Positions 13,521 to 27,044 are shown, counted from the first letter of the stretch. The stretch: 64,000 nucleotides of DNA from Octopus sinensis (GCF_006345805.1 NC_042999.1:46996001-47060000), one strand, 5' to 3'. Numbers and translations are program-made. The notes: a model not told the origin generated them from the sequence alone.

Positions 13521-14113
13521 TATTCTTTTCTACTTTAGGTACAAGGCACGAAAATTTTGGGGAGGGGATTAAGTCGATTAGATCGACTCCAATACGCAAC
13601 TGGTACTAAATTTATCGACCCCGAAAGGATGAAAGGCATAGAACGTAAAGACAGACGAAATACCTATTTATTTACTACCGACAAGGGGCTAAACACAGAG
13701 GAGACAAACAAGGATAGACAGACGGATTAATTCGATTATATCGACCCCAGTGAGTAACTGGTACTTATTTAATCGACCCCGAAATGATGAAAGGCAAAGT
13801 CGATCTCGGCGGAATTTGAACTCAGAACGTAACGGCAGACGAAATACCGCTTAGCATTTCGCCCGGTGTGCTAACGTTTCTTATTTCTTTATTGCCCACA
13901 AAGGGGTTAAACATAGAGAGGACAAAGAAGGACAGACAAAGGGATTAAGTCGATTACATCGATCCCAGTGGGTAACTGGTATTTATTTAATCGACCCCGA
14001 AAAGATGAAAGGCAAAGTCGACCTCGGAGGAATTTGAACTCAGATCGTAAAAACAGACGAAATAAAGCTAAACATTTCGATCGGTGTGCTAACGGTTTTG
14101 CCAGCACGCCGCC
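13521..14113 (-). mobile_element. Head-to-tail trimer of family C SINE (MetaSINE-like core)
   Basis: Three consecutive copies of gcctttcatc.tttcggggtcgat.aa.t.agtaccagtt. Units are 14113-13881, 13880-13665 and 13664-13521. The B-box-like gagttcaaattcc is present in the first two. Confidence 0.85.
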
Positions 14114-14430
14114 TTACATAAATACATATATTGATAAGCTTGTGGAAGAAAAATGGCCTAAAAACTGTGAGGCAGTTTAATCTTTGCTATAAATGTTATT
14201 CCTTTTTTTATTTCTTCTCACTCAAAGAGAGTAACACTTCGCGATTGTAACAGGTGGGATTAATTACCTACATTATAGGGAAATATAAATCTATTTCTAC
14301 AGTGCGCTTACGTAAACTTTACATAGTTACTCACACACAATCTCACACGCGTGCGGTCGCTCACACACCCATATATACATATCCAGACGTACATGTACAT
14401 CTCTATGTATATATGTGTGTACATACATGC

Positions 14431-14507
<77 letters not shown>

Positions 14508-14556
14508 TGATTACATACACACAAGTATACGCATATATGCGACTGTATATATATAT

Positions 14557-14592
<36 letters not shown>

Positions 14593-14933
14593 ATTACATA
14601 CATACACGCACGCATACGCATGTGTGCGTTTATATTTAACCTGTGTCTGCAGTAAAGAGAACGAGTAATTTCTTTTGCAGGAAGTAATTTTATATTGTTT
14701 CTTCCCTTAATTAGTTTCAATGAAAATGTAATTGCTTTCACTTATGGATACATTCCATATGCACTATTAACTCTGTTATTGCTGTGACTATAGAATCAAA
14801 AAGTATGTAACTCTGAATAGTATTCCTATGATGCACTTTTTAGGCAATTAACGAAAGCGTTAGTAGAGCATGCATAATTACATATTTCTAAAGGTCAGCG
14901 TATATTTAAAATAACTGATAATGAAAGTTAACA

Positions 14934-15295
14934 GGCACAGGAGTGGCTGTGTGGTAAGTAGCTTGCTTACCAACCACATGGTTCCGGGTTCAGTCTCACG
15001 GTATAATCTTCTACTACAGCCCCGGGCCGTCCAAATCATTGTGAGTCGGAAACTGACAGAAACCTGTCGTATATATATATGCTCGTGTGTAGTGTTTGTC
15101 CCCCCACCATCGATTTAGAACCGATGTTGGTATGTTTACCTCCCCGTAACGTAGCTGTTCGGCAAAAGTGACGGATAGGATAAGTACTAGTCTCGGCTCA
15201 GAAAGAATAAGTCCCGGGGTTGATTTGTTCGATTCAAAGCGTTGCTCCAGCATGGCCGCAGTCAAATGACTGAAACAAATAAGAGAATGAAAAAA
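14934..15295 (+). mobile_element. tRNA-derived composite SINE, family AB
   Basis: Head aggagtggctgtgtggtaagtagc (A-box-like) and ggttccgggttcagtc (B-box-like); tail ccagcatggccgcagtcaaatgactgaaacaa. Confidence 0.85.
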
Positions 15296-15414
15296 GGAAA
15301 AGGCACGGGCACACTGGTACATGCAACCGCATCTTTATGTATCTATCTTTCCTTACCTATATAACAACAGTAAGAGGAACAACAATGTCAACAGCAAAAA
15401 CAATAATCGTAAAG

Positions 15415-15595
15415 ATCTTAATTTTGGCGCAAAGTCAGCAATCTTAGTGGTGAAGTAATAAATAGATTACATCGATCCCAGTGCTTGACTTGTCCTTATT
15501 TCATTGAATCTCTTAGGATGGAAGGCAAAATTAATTAAAAGACAGACGAAATCATTTTGCCCGACGTATTTACGATTCTGCCAGTTCACCTCCTT
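15415..15595 (-). mobile_element. Family C SINE, diverged
   Basis: Minus-strand head ggaggtgaactggcagaatcgt; core ttttgccttccatcct; head abuts (AAT)n. Confidence 0.65.
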
Positions 15596-15634
15596 AATAA
15601 TGATGATGATAATAACAACAACAACAACAACAAC

Positions 15635-15680
<46 letters not shown>

Positions 15681-15702
15681 TAATAATAATAATAATAATA
15701 AT

Positions 15703-16108
15703 AGACCTTATGCAGTTGAGCCTGTCCCTCAGTGGCTGACGGTATGTGCATCTCTGATCACGAGCAGCAGTAGTGGGGGAGCACCATAGCCATGTGTTGA
15801 GAGGAAGTCTTTGGGGTTTCAACAATTCACTCTTGGAATCATGAGTGTTTCGTTCAACATCCTTAAACAACCCTTATTCAGGGAACTTTTGATCAGGATG
15901 GGCTACTCGACCTGAAGAAAATTCTGTCTGGGCCTCCCCTGCAAGGTCATGTGCTGTTTATACTTCATATGAAATCATGCCGCGCACATATGGTTGTGAT
16001 GCATGTGCCTGGTGTACCTTTATCAGACGGGTAGTCATGATGGGTATACTAGGCTTCGTATATTTTACCCCAGTGTCACTTTGAGGGCATGCACTGCTCT
16101 CTCACTCG
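15703..16108 (+). mobile_element. Non-coding element (family E) embedded in (AAT/AAC)n; second, 5'-truncated copy at 61643-61790 (-)
   Basis: Both copies share gcacatatggttgtgatgcatgtgcct.gtgtacc...gtcatgatgggtat...gtgtcactttga.g.catgcactgctctctca and are flanked on both sides by AAT-type triplets. Confidence 0.75.
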
Positions 16109-16114
16109 ACGACG

Positions 16115-16146
<32 letters not shown>

Positions 16147-16224
16147 AATAATAATAATAATAATAATAATAAAGTTGATAATAATAACAATAATGATGAT
16201 AATAATGATAGTAATATATTATAT

Positions 16225-16500
16225 TTGTTGCTAGTTGCCCCAGTATCCCATGCATCCCAGTAGTTACAGGTGCATTAGGAACTATCCCCAAAGATCTGAA
16301 CAGATACATAGAGGAAATAGGCATGAAACCCAGTTTAGTACATCTTCAGAGAAAAATGTTATTAGGGACAGCTAGGATACTTAGGACAGATCTTGGCATT
16401 TAAGGTTACGTGTTGTAACACAATAGGAGGGTTCTTCGCATCTAAGGCCACTTGTTGTAGCCCAATGTTAAGATTCTTTTCTTTGCCAAAATCTATTGAG
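16225..16500 (+). mobile_element. 3' end fragment of an R4/Dong-clade LINE
   Basis: IPVVTGALGTIPKDLNRYIEEIGMKPSLVHLQRKMLLGTARILRTDLGI-stop, then a short UTR and (TAA/CAA)n. Confidence 0.85.
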
Positions 16501-16604
16501 TGTATAATAATAATAGCAACAACAAGAACACCAGCAGCAGCAACAGCAGCAACAACGACAACACCAACAACAACAACAACAGCAACAATAATAATAGAAG
16601 GCGA

Positions 16605-19600
16605 ATGAACCGCGAATTGGGGACTTAACTCCGGATGAAGATACGGGACAAAATGATATTCACCTGTCTCTTAGTGAGAATCACGATCATGGTCGCCAAC
16701 ACATAGAAATATGGAATAGACCCAACTTATGGTTGCCCGAAAGAGCAATAAGAGCAAAAAGGTGGTTAACAGACATGGAAATAGAGGAGATAAAAAAGAA
16801 AGTAGAAGATACAAATAATACTTCACCAACAGATAACACGTCCAGTCGGAACAGAAACATGAAGAGCGGCAATGGAGACGTAGAACAGAGTGTAAATGTT
16901 AAATCCATTCCCAGCAAATGAGTCAGAAATAAAAGGAAGGGCTATATCACAAGAATACGATGATGACTAACAAGGTATAGTGAAGACGCTCTGCTGATAT
17001 ATTAGAGAAGTAATTGATCAAGCACCCACCCCAACCTTATGTACATTGATCCTCGCAAACTCAAATTTCAAAGATAGATTCGGTTTTTGGGCAATTCTAG
17101 ACGTGAAATATAACTGAAACAAACAAGCTTATTTGGGCTGCAGCTATGGTTGCTGCAGATAGAGTTGGATACAGACGAAAAGAACACACGAAACGTTAAG
17201 ACGTTCTGGCGTGGACAAATTATTTGTGAGAAACAAAGTTAAAAAGACATTTAGGTCAAGTTGATAGATTGAGAATAGGGGAATTGCAGAACGAAAGCAT
17301 AAGAATAATGCTGAAAAGAACATAGAGAATAAAAGATAAAGGTTATGATGTGATATTGGAAGAATTGAAACAAAGAGTAGCAGCAATCAAAGCAAAACTG
17401 GAGAGACATTTAAGGCAAAACAAATTGTTCGAAGCAAATCAGAAGAAACTATTTCAGGAAATAGATGGGCTAGTACAGGTAACAATGATATCACATGCAG
17501 AGGAAAGCAAATCATTCCGGAGAGAAAGCGAAGACAAACCTGTAGAACATAATGATGAAGCGGAGTGGCTGCATGAAATCTAAGATAGGTTAAGATGTAT
17601 GGAAGCCTAAGAAGACATAAAGCTAACTACAGAAATGATTAAAAAGCAGTTAAGAAAATTTCTAAATTGGAAGAGCCCAGGACCGTTTGGGACCCAAGAT
17701 TATTGAATGAAGAAGCTGAGGGAGTTCCATGAAAGGCTAGCACAATAGCTGGATGAGTGCTTGCAGGGATGTGCAGTATCCAGCTGGATGACAAATACAA
17801 AGACATTGTTATGAGCCGTGCCAAGGATACTGAAAAGGGAAATGTTGCATCCAAGTTTAGATCAATAAAATGCCCTCTGCTTATGTTGAATCTAATGTCA
17901 GGTGATTTGGTAGGTGAAAATACTTAAACAAATGTGGGCTGTTATCTACTGAACAGAAAGGGTGCCAAAAAGGGAACCGGGGAACGAAGGATCAGCTCTT
18001 AATCGATAATCTAATTATCTGGAACTGCAAGAGAAAACTTACAAACCTGAGCATGGCATGCATTGATTATCGCAAAGCATACGATACGATACTCATGGAT
18101 AATAAGAACAATGGAAATATATAGTATAACAGAAAATGAGAAACCTTATATGGAATAGCTTAAAATTCTGGAGAACGGAATTGACATCAAGGAAGCAAGT
18201 ATTAGAGGAGGTGAAAACAAGAGAGGAACCTTCTACGGAGACAGTGTGTCCCTACCGATATTCGTGCTGGGAATAATCCTCTTGAGTAAAATTCTGCAGG
18301 AAACAACGTTGGGCTATGATCTGGGAAGAGTAAGTGATAACGGAAACACTTGCTATTCATGGACTGGACGACCTGAGGTAATTCTCAAAACCTGATGTAG
18401 AACTTGACAGTCTAGTGTAGTCTGTGTGGATTTTCTCCAATGATGCTATGATGGAGTTTGGACTCTCAAAATGATCTACGATGGTGATGAGACAAGGAAA
18501 GCTTGCCAAGACAGAAAGCATATGGTTGCCAAATGGTGGAATGTGAAGGCAATTCAACCTCAATCCAGCTATAAATAACTGGAAATACTTAAGGCGAACG
18601 GAGGCAAACACCACAACATGAAGGAAAAGAGAAAAAGAGAGTATCTGTGGTGTGTCATACTGGATTCAAAGCTGAATGTCAGAAACATAATTTCGGTAAT
18701 AAACATGCACACAGTGGCAATAGTTCGGTACGACGCTGGAATATTGATGGGAACAGAGGAGGAGCTAAAGGAGATGGACAGGGAATTAACAAAGCTCCTA
18801 ACGATGCATGGAGCCCCTCATCCACGTGCAAACACTGTTCCTCTAACATGAAGAGAGCAAATGTAAGAAGGCGACTGATAAATGTGAAAGTTTGCGTCCG
18901 TATCAACTTGAGACTTAATACGATACCTAAACCAAAGTAAAGAAAGCTTGCTAGTGGCAGTTAGGAACGAGGGAGTACCAAGTGCGGAGAAAAAAAGGAA
19001 ATCAAAGGAAGAAGTACAAAAGGGACAAGAAGAAGAATTAGACAAGATACTATACAATCAATTCTATATAACCACAACAGAAGTTGCTAGAAAAAATAGG
19101 CGGGATTGGCTGATGAAAGGAACACAAAAAAAGAGACCGGGAGCACTATACTGGCATCGCACGACTAAGCTTTGGCCATGAACTGAAGGGGTCAATATAA
19201 GGAATGAGCAAGTGTTTCTGCAATAGAGTGGATGAAACCATTGCCCATATAACGATCGAATGCCCTAGAATGCCCAAAACCGCTACAAATTGTTGCGACT
19301 CGACCAGGTAACGAAAGTGCTAAATTGGAAACTGTGCGAAAAGTGGGGCCTAGGGAGAGGCGAGACCTGGTATGAGCACAAACCGCAGGGAGTGGCTGAA
19401 TCAGGGACTAGCAAAATCCTCTGGGATTTTCCAATCCAAACAGATCAGGTGCTAGAGCGTAACAGATCAGACTTAGTAGTAGTGGATAAAATGCACCACA
19501 TATGCTATATAGTTGACGTTCCATGCCCCTTTGATCCGCGAATAGTCAAGAAGGACGGCAAAAAGATAGATAGATAAATACAACCCTCTTAAGTATGGAA

Positions 19601-19825
19601 TTACCTGATTATGGAAAATGAAGAAGATGAAGACAGTGCCAATTATTGTTGTTGTGTCCTTGAGAACATTGTCAGAAGGCATCAAGAGGAATATAAAGGA
19701 AATTGGAATAGTGTGCCCAGAATAGTTAGGAAAGAACGAATAGCATGGCACTGTAGGCTGCAGTTAGTAAGCCCGCTACACATGGAAAACTCCAAAAGCT
19801 CCAACAAAACTCGTGAGAAAGACAA

Positions 19826-19826
<1 letters not shown>
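16605..19826 (+). mobile_element. Near full-length, heavily decayed R4/Dong-clade non-LTR retrotransposon
   Basis: N-terminal RWLTDMEIEEIKKK. RT pieces NWKSPGP, GTKDQLLIDNL, ACIDYRKAYD, HLLFMD. Zinc-knuckle remnant CNRVDETIAHITIECP. RLE KILWDFPIQTDQVLERNRSDLVVVDKMHHICYIVDVPCPFD. Preceded by (CAA/TAA)n and followed by (TAC)n(TGC)n(TAA)n. Confidence 0.92.
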
Positions 19827-19882
<56 letters not shown>

Positions 19883-19967
19883 GCTGCTGCTGGTGCTGCT
19901 GCTGCTGTTGCTGCTGCTGTTGCTGCTGCTGCTACTACTACCACTACTACTACTACTACTACTGCTG

Positions 19968-20014
<47 letters not shown>

Positions 20015-20619
20015 GATAATAATAATAATAATAATAATAATAATATTAATAATAATAATAATAATAGTAATCATGGTTTCAAATTGTGTCACAAGCCCGG
20101 CAATTTCGGGATAGCGATTAAGTTCATTACTCTGACCTCATTCCGAGAGAATAAAAGCTAAAGATAAAGTCGACCGCTTTGATTGTTTCACACACACAGA
20201 CGCACACATACACACACACAAGCGCGCGCGCACACACACAAACACACACACACATATATATATGAATATATACACATATATATGTACATACATATGTTTG
20301 TGTATACATGCATATATGGGCACAGGACACCACAGAACATTAACAACAAGAAATACAAATATGAAAACATGAAATACGAACTTATTGTGCGAACAGCGCA
20401 AGAAACAAACGGAAAACAAGGAAGCAACACGAATAAAATGATCCTTCATGAGTTGTTGGCCGTTTTCTGACAATAAAAAGAATAACATTTATCACGACAA
20501 TGATGATAATAAAACCTCCCATCTCATGTTTGTGTATATGTGTGTATGTATGTGTGTTTCCGCGTATATTAATATTATATACATACACCTCAGATGAAAG
20601 TTTTTGTTGTTGTTGTGGT

Positions 20620-21122
20620 CGTTCTTGTTTTTATTGTTATTTCACACCTGAGATCTCTCGAGATAAGTTGCTCCAGCTAATTCTGTAAGAGTAGACAACA
20701 ACCTGCTGTCTAGAGTCTCACGGTGTCTTACTCAACGTCGCTGAACATCCGAGTACCAATCTAATAATTCGCTGCCCTCAACAAAGCAGTTTTCTTATCA
20801 TGTTCTATATTCATGTCAATCCCAATTTCTCCAATAAATTTCTCAAAATCTGATTGCTAATGGCTCCAATGTCCCAACAACTGGGCTAACAGTTACTTCC
20901 TTCATTGCTCACATTCGTGCGATCTCATCTTTTAGTTTTTGTACTACTCATCTTTTCCATTTCTTTACCATTCGGTCGTACATCCCCAAGTATGCCAACA
21001 TGTATGATCTTGGTTTCCTTCATCATTGTATCAACTACAACGATGTCAAGTCTCCGAGGATCAATTACTAAATCACAGCAGTTGCAAAATCCCACAAGAT
21101 GTTACACTTATTAAACATGGCG
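20620..21122 (-). mobile_element. 3' fragment of an R4/Dong-clade LINE in the opposite orientation
   Basis: Minus strand KCNILWDF...LDIVVVDTMMKETKIIHVGILGDVR and a frameshifted VV-GTLGAIS region; bounded by (TTA)n at 21128-21168 and (TTG)n at about 20602. Confidence 0.8.
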
Positions 21123-21125
21123 ATA

Positions 21126-21170
<45 letters not shown>

Positions 21171-21432
21171 GTATGTAAATAAATGTAAAAATTCTTCCTA
21201 TCTCCCTCAGTCTCTATTTCTTTCTACCTGCAGTTTCAGTCTTCATTATCTCCCTTCGCAAAATGCACCACGTGACCTGCTTTCTGGTTATAAATCTTAA
21301 CATTCTGTTTTGTTTTGACTACTCAACTGGAAAGTCCGGGTTTCACATATTTATTGTTTATGAGGTTAAAACGCACACTATATTTCACCCTTATCTTACG
21401 ATTCTCTCTCTCACTCATTAACACACTCACTC

Positions 21433-21495
<63 letters not shown>

Positions 21496-21777
21496 GTCTA
21501 TATTACGCTTATTCACTTTATCTGTCTTTTCTACCTATCCATCTCTCCATTCTTCCTCCTTTCTCTATGCTCCTTTCTCTCTTGCTTTCTCTGTCACCGG
21601 TTCTTAATAATTACATTACTCCTTTCCCTTATTTACGTAACTTTCAATACTCCCATACATCGTTCTTCCAATCAATGAATCTCTCTGATGTCCTTTCTTC
21701 TTCAAATCCGTTTATCTTCTTTTTATCCATTCCTCTCTCCTTTTCACTTTTCCCCACTGTGTATTATTTCCGCAAGG

Positions 21778-21817
<40 letters not shown>

Positions 21818-22544
21818 ACATTTTCTGAATTTGCCTGTACCTTTTTCTGTCTCTCCCCGTCTCGAAGGCACCTCGAAGGTCCCCAGAAGCCTTCTTACTG
21901 TTTCTCATGTTACTCATTCTATTCTGAATTGATCGGTTCGTCTTCTTTTCCAGCTCGTGATTTCTCTTTGATTTGAAATTTAGTTGTAGCCCCTGATTTG
22001 CTTTAGGATTTTGTATTATTTTTTAACGTTCGTGTTCGATCAATTTCGATAGAACCATTATTGTTCGTATTAGCCTTATGACATATAACTAGTCTTACTT
22101 TTGTATCTAGTGCGAAAGATATTCTATGCATATGAATTTTATTTTCTATATTATCTTGTTTTCTATATATATTATCCGTTTCTGTCTTTGCCTATTTGCT
22201 TCTTTTGACATATATCTTCCCTCTTCCCCTTGTAAATCAAGTTTATTTATTATTCAACCTATTGACTTCAACACTTTTCGTTGTAAATATTTCCTTTAAT
22301 TTGTCCATCCATGATCGCTCGTTTATATTGTAGCTGCTTTTGCTGCTGGTATCAAGAAGCAGAACAAAATTGATGGTGTTGTATACAAATGTTATTTGGT
22401 CGACACCTAATATTGTATGTGTGTGTTTGTTTTATGCTTTACTGTATATTCCTTTCTTGTCCACATTTTAATTATGTGTGTGTGTGTGTATGTGTGTATA
22501 TATAAATATTATATATACATATAGGCATCATCTATAAACGATAA

Positions 22545-22635
22545 ACGTCACACTTTTCAAGCCTAGCCAGGCTCATGGGCACGGTTTCCCCGTTTCTGTG
22601 GCGTATGTGTTCCCTCCAGCTGCCCTAACCACAAG
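22545..22635 (-). mobile_element. Internally deleted tRNA-derived SINE
   Basis: Minus strand ggaggcgcaatggccttgtggttagggcag (A-box-like head) joined directly to a tail-like ...cccatgagcctggctaggcttgaaaag. Confidence 0.5.
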
Positions 22636-22703
22636 GCCATTGCGCCTCCACGCACCATCTCTCTCTCTCTCTCTGTATATATATATTATATATGCACACA
22701 TCA

Positions 22704-22776
<73 letters not shown>

Positions 22777-25480
22777 TATACACACATACATATACACACA
22801 CATATATGTATGTACAAATATATAAAAATATATGCATATGTGAGAATATGTGTATGTGTTTTTGTGTGCGTGTATATATTTAAGGCAAGAATGTGTGTCC
22901 GCGCAGTATTTGTATGGCAATGTATGTTGTAGGCCTTGAATTGTTACATCATGTCAGTGATAGTGATAAATATACGTATACATTTAAACATGTAAATAAA
23001 GAGTGAAACAATAGAATTTGCGTCTACAAATATAAATGTGCGGGTTGTCTTTAATCTACCTGTGTGTATCTCCATGTGTGTATCTCCATGGATTTGTGTC
23101 TGTATATGTGTTTGTTTGTGCATGTATATGAACGATACTCAAATATGAAATATCTGATAATACGCCACTTATAATACACATTTAGGTAAAAGTACTATAT
23201 ACGAGATCGACTCGGTTCAATCTTTTTGAATGAATTTTGCATAGAGTGAATTTGTAGAGAAGCCTTCCGATTAGATTGTACCAGAAATTCTAAGGTTACT
23301 GCTTTGTGATGCACTGTGTCATTGTTATGCTGCTCGAGAATTAACTTAAGCTTGCTGGTGTCTGGAAACCACAGCCACTTGAGTTCAGCTCAAGGGGCAG
23401 TTAAGTATCTTTATCATCGAAACTGACGTAGAACAATTCAATGTATCTGTATAGATACAAGTAATGAGGTAGACATTATACACTATTTCTTAAGCTGAAA
23501 CAGTTCAATTAGTTACGAGAAATATTTTGTTTCATCCTATTTGTCGGAGTACTGAAAAGAAAGAGCAATTTTAGAAAATATGTGACAAATGAAAATGATG
23601 GGTAGAACTAAATAACCATATGAAAGCTAAGTTGATTTTTTTTTATTATGAATCTTTATTTCTTTTTGAGTATTAAAATAGAATTAAGAAGCTGTTTGCT
23701 TTATAACAGGAACATTCAAAAAGGAAACTAATAATAATGTGTATGTAATAGCTTAAATATTAACGGAAATTATTTAGTGAATAGTAACTGTGTTTTGCTT
23801 TTAGCCGGGGAATGTATAAATGTCATAACAGGCGATGGAGTTCGGTTAATGTCCTGTTTTCTTTTTTTGCTGATTAATTGTTTGTTATTAATTAAATATG
23901 TGTAAATTATGACATGTTAATTTTATGTCTCAAACAAAATTTATACTGCCGTTATATTTAAAACGTTTCCATGTGAAATGTATGATAAATGAAAACTGCA
24001 AATTTGGAGGAATATGAAATAAAAAAAGCATTAAAATCATATAAAGATCTTTCATTTTTATCTTTATTTACAGAGATAAAACACCAATTAAATTAAATAT
24101 ATTAATTTTAGATTTTAAATACGTTTTTCACGTCCGATTAAAATTGTTATTTCTGTGCATCTTATTATGTAATCAAACGTAAATTTTTAAGTGAATAACT
24201 GTCAGGAAAGAAATTCTAGTAAATTATTTACTTCAGCTTTAATTTCTGAATATCTTATGTGTACAACATTCGCAATTATTTACAAATAATAATTCTACTT
24301 TCATATAATTTTGTAACAAATTTTACGCAGTGCTAATATTTCTGTGTCTGACAATATGAGCATATAATTTCTATTATAATAAGATTTAATAACGATAAAA
24401 GAAAACGTAGTAAGTATAGTAATTCTTGAAAAAAATATCTATTTTGTCTAATTCAGAAGTTCTACAGATAATAAATGAAACTGCAAGGTAAAATATTGAA
24501 GAAACTGTATTGAATGTATAAGTTAAAAGAAACTAAAAGACTAAAAAAAAAACTATTTAATCATTGTAGTCAGGATGTGAGGCTTTTGCTCGAGATACTT
24601 TGCATGACCTGTGAGACTTATGGGAGAGAAAGAGAGAGAGAGGGAGGGAGAGAGAGTTAAAACTAGAGACCTTGGTCGGATGCTTGCAACAGGTAAAACA
24701 CAACCAATGGGATCATGTGTTTTTTCTGTTAAATAATTCAATAGGTTATGTCGCAGATTCAAGTACCCATGGGAGTAATTTGAACTCGGAATGTAAAATA
24801 CTGGACCATGCACGTTACGGTATCTAGTTTTAGACGTTATTGCAATTCCTCTAAGTATTTGTTCCTGGATTTGTACATGTTTATCACGTATGAAAAGAGG
24901 AAAGATAAAGTTAATTCAGGCAGAGCTAAACACAAACAGCAGGAAGTCGAACGAAATATTGCAAGACATTCTCTTTATATATCTGTCGATTCTACTAATT
25001 CCCCGCCTTGAATCATAATTAACCATCAATTTGTGGACAAATTAATATTCTCCTTAAAGTTTTCCTCTAAAAAATGTCTAGCTTTTTGAGCAGTAACGTA
25101 ACATGTATTTTATCTAGCATTCCATTTTATATTCTATGGAAATGAGAGAAGGTGTGACTTCGACGATAAAAGACAATATTAATGAGTGCTTTAAAAATTA
25201 TCAATTTATAATTAGATATAATTTAGTTTTGAAGCCTTGTGAGTGAATTTATCTAAGGTTTCTAATGGTAAACAATTATTAAACTTGTCAAATCCTAATC
25301 AAATATTTTTCGATGGGAACCTGACATAATATTAATAGAAGATGTTATTAAGATATAAAATGTGTTTCTAATAATATTAGGTTGATATTAATAAATATGT
25401 ACGCATGATAGGTAAGATGCAAACTTAGAAGGATTTTGAAGATAATGATAAAACTATCTTCACAAGACACAAATAATATT

Positions 25481-25690
25481 TTCTACTCTAGGCAAAAGGC
25501 CCAAAATTTTTTGGGAGGGAGCCAGTCGATTATATCGATCCCCTGCACGCAACTGATACTTAATATATCGTCCCCGAACGGCTGAAAGTAAAGTCAACCT
25601 CGGCAGGATTTGAACTCAGAACGTAAAGTGTGACGAAATACCGCTAACTATTTCGCCCCGCGTGCTAGCGTTTCTGCCAGCTGGCCGCCT
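25481..25690 (-). mobile_element. Family C SINE, near complete
   Basis: Head ggcggccagctggcagaaacgctagcacg; B-box-like gagttcaaatcc; core tactttcagccgttcggggacgatatattaagtatcagttgc. Confidence 0.8.
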
Positions 25691-25886
25691 TACAAGACAC
25701 GAATAATGTAGCTGACAATTATTGTTTAACTGACTATTTACAATTGACCTTGAAGGTCGATATAAGTGTATATTAATATAATTATCATCTGTGTTTGTAT
25801 TGTTAATTGTCCTACCAATATTAGATTCAGAAAATACAGAGATGGTGGAGAAAGAACTACAGAGATGGTGGAGAAAGTACATTTAA

Positions 25887-26106
25887 CCCTTTCACTACCA
25901 ACCTGGCTGAAACCGGCTCTGGCTCTGAATACAAATGTCTTATTTTCATAAGTTTTGAATTGAAATCTTCCACCGAACCTTAGTCACAATTTATGTTCCT
26001 AGCACTAGCTTTAGTTTAGCTAAGTTATTTTACTAAATTCTTTGTTATATTTGAAGTAATTGAAAGAAACATAGCGCATCTCAAAATAAATACAGTAATA
26101 AAAGGG
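25887..26106. mobile_element. piggyBac-type MITE (220 bp)
   Basis: TTAA-CCCTTT ... AAAGGG-TTAA: TTAA on both sides (25883-25886, 26107-26110) with short TIRs beginning CCC, typical of piggyBac. Confidence 0.7.
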
Positions 26107-26647
26107 TTAATATGATTGGTATGGGTATATCCAATTGCTGTAATTTTATGTTGATATGCAAATAATTTGAATTGTTTTTTTGTCTTATATTAATATCCAG
26201 TCCTCAAATTCGCGCTAACATTTTAACATTATCCTTTCCTATCAACAGGATAATTTCTTCAAAACAACTCAGAAGACATTGAGTTTAGTAATATCAATGT
26301 TAAAAGTCAACATTAGCTACACCGGCACATTCCTTAGAAGTATCGACAATGAGGACACTGAATAATTTACAAACCTCAAGTCTTTGCACGCCCTTAAAAC
26401 ATCGCTAAATGGCATACAGATACTCAAAACTTTTTTTAGGTTCTGTTTCATACACAATCGAATTGTACTTCTACGCTAGACTGCCGCACGTTCACACGAA
26501 CCCTATTAGTGCCTATGTATTTTCTTCACATCTCAACAGTAACTCACAATACATAAACTTTTCATTGAATACGCCAACATTACTGACATACAACATTAAA
26601 CTTGTTCCCTTCATTCCAGAAAAGCCAGCCAAAATGTATATTCGTAT

Positions 26648-27044
26648 CTTACTCTTTTACTCTTTTATTTGACTGCGGCCATGCTGGAGCACCGCCTTCA
26701 GTCGAGCAAGTCGACCCCAGGACTTATTCTTTGGAAGCCTAGTATTTATTCTATCGGTCTCTTGTGCCGAACCACTAAGTTACGGGGACTTAAACACATC
26801 AGTATCGGCTGTCAAGCGATGCTCGGGGGTGGGGGACAAACACAGACACACAAACACACATATATATACATATGCATTTATACGACGGGCTTTCTTTCAG
26901 TTTCCGTCTACCAAATCCACTCACAAGGCATTGGTCAGCCCGAGGCTATAGTAGAAGACTCTCGCCCAAGGTGCCACGCAATGGGACTGGACCCAGAACC
27001 ATGTTGTTGGTAAGCAAGCTACTTACCACACAGCCACTCCTGCC
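26648..27044 (-). mobile_element. tRNA-derived composite SINE, family AB
   Basis: Complete head, core, internal (TA/TG)n and tail, highly similar to 58326-58710. Confidence 0.9.

Noticed and set aside
13521-14113. Regularly repeated units that superficially resemble a CRISPR array
   Set aside because: The units are ~145-235 bp SINE copies that also occur dispersed. There is no repeat-spacer structure or cas gene, and the context is eukaryotic.
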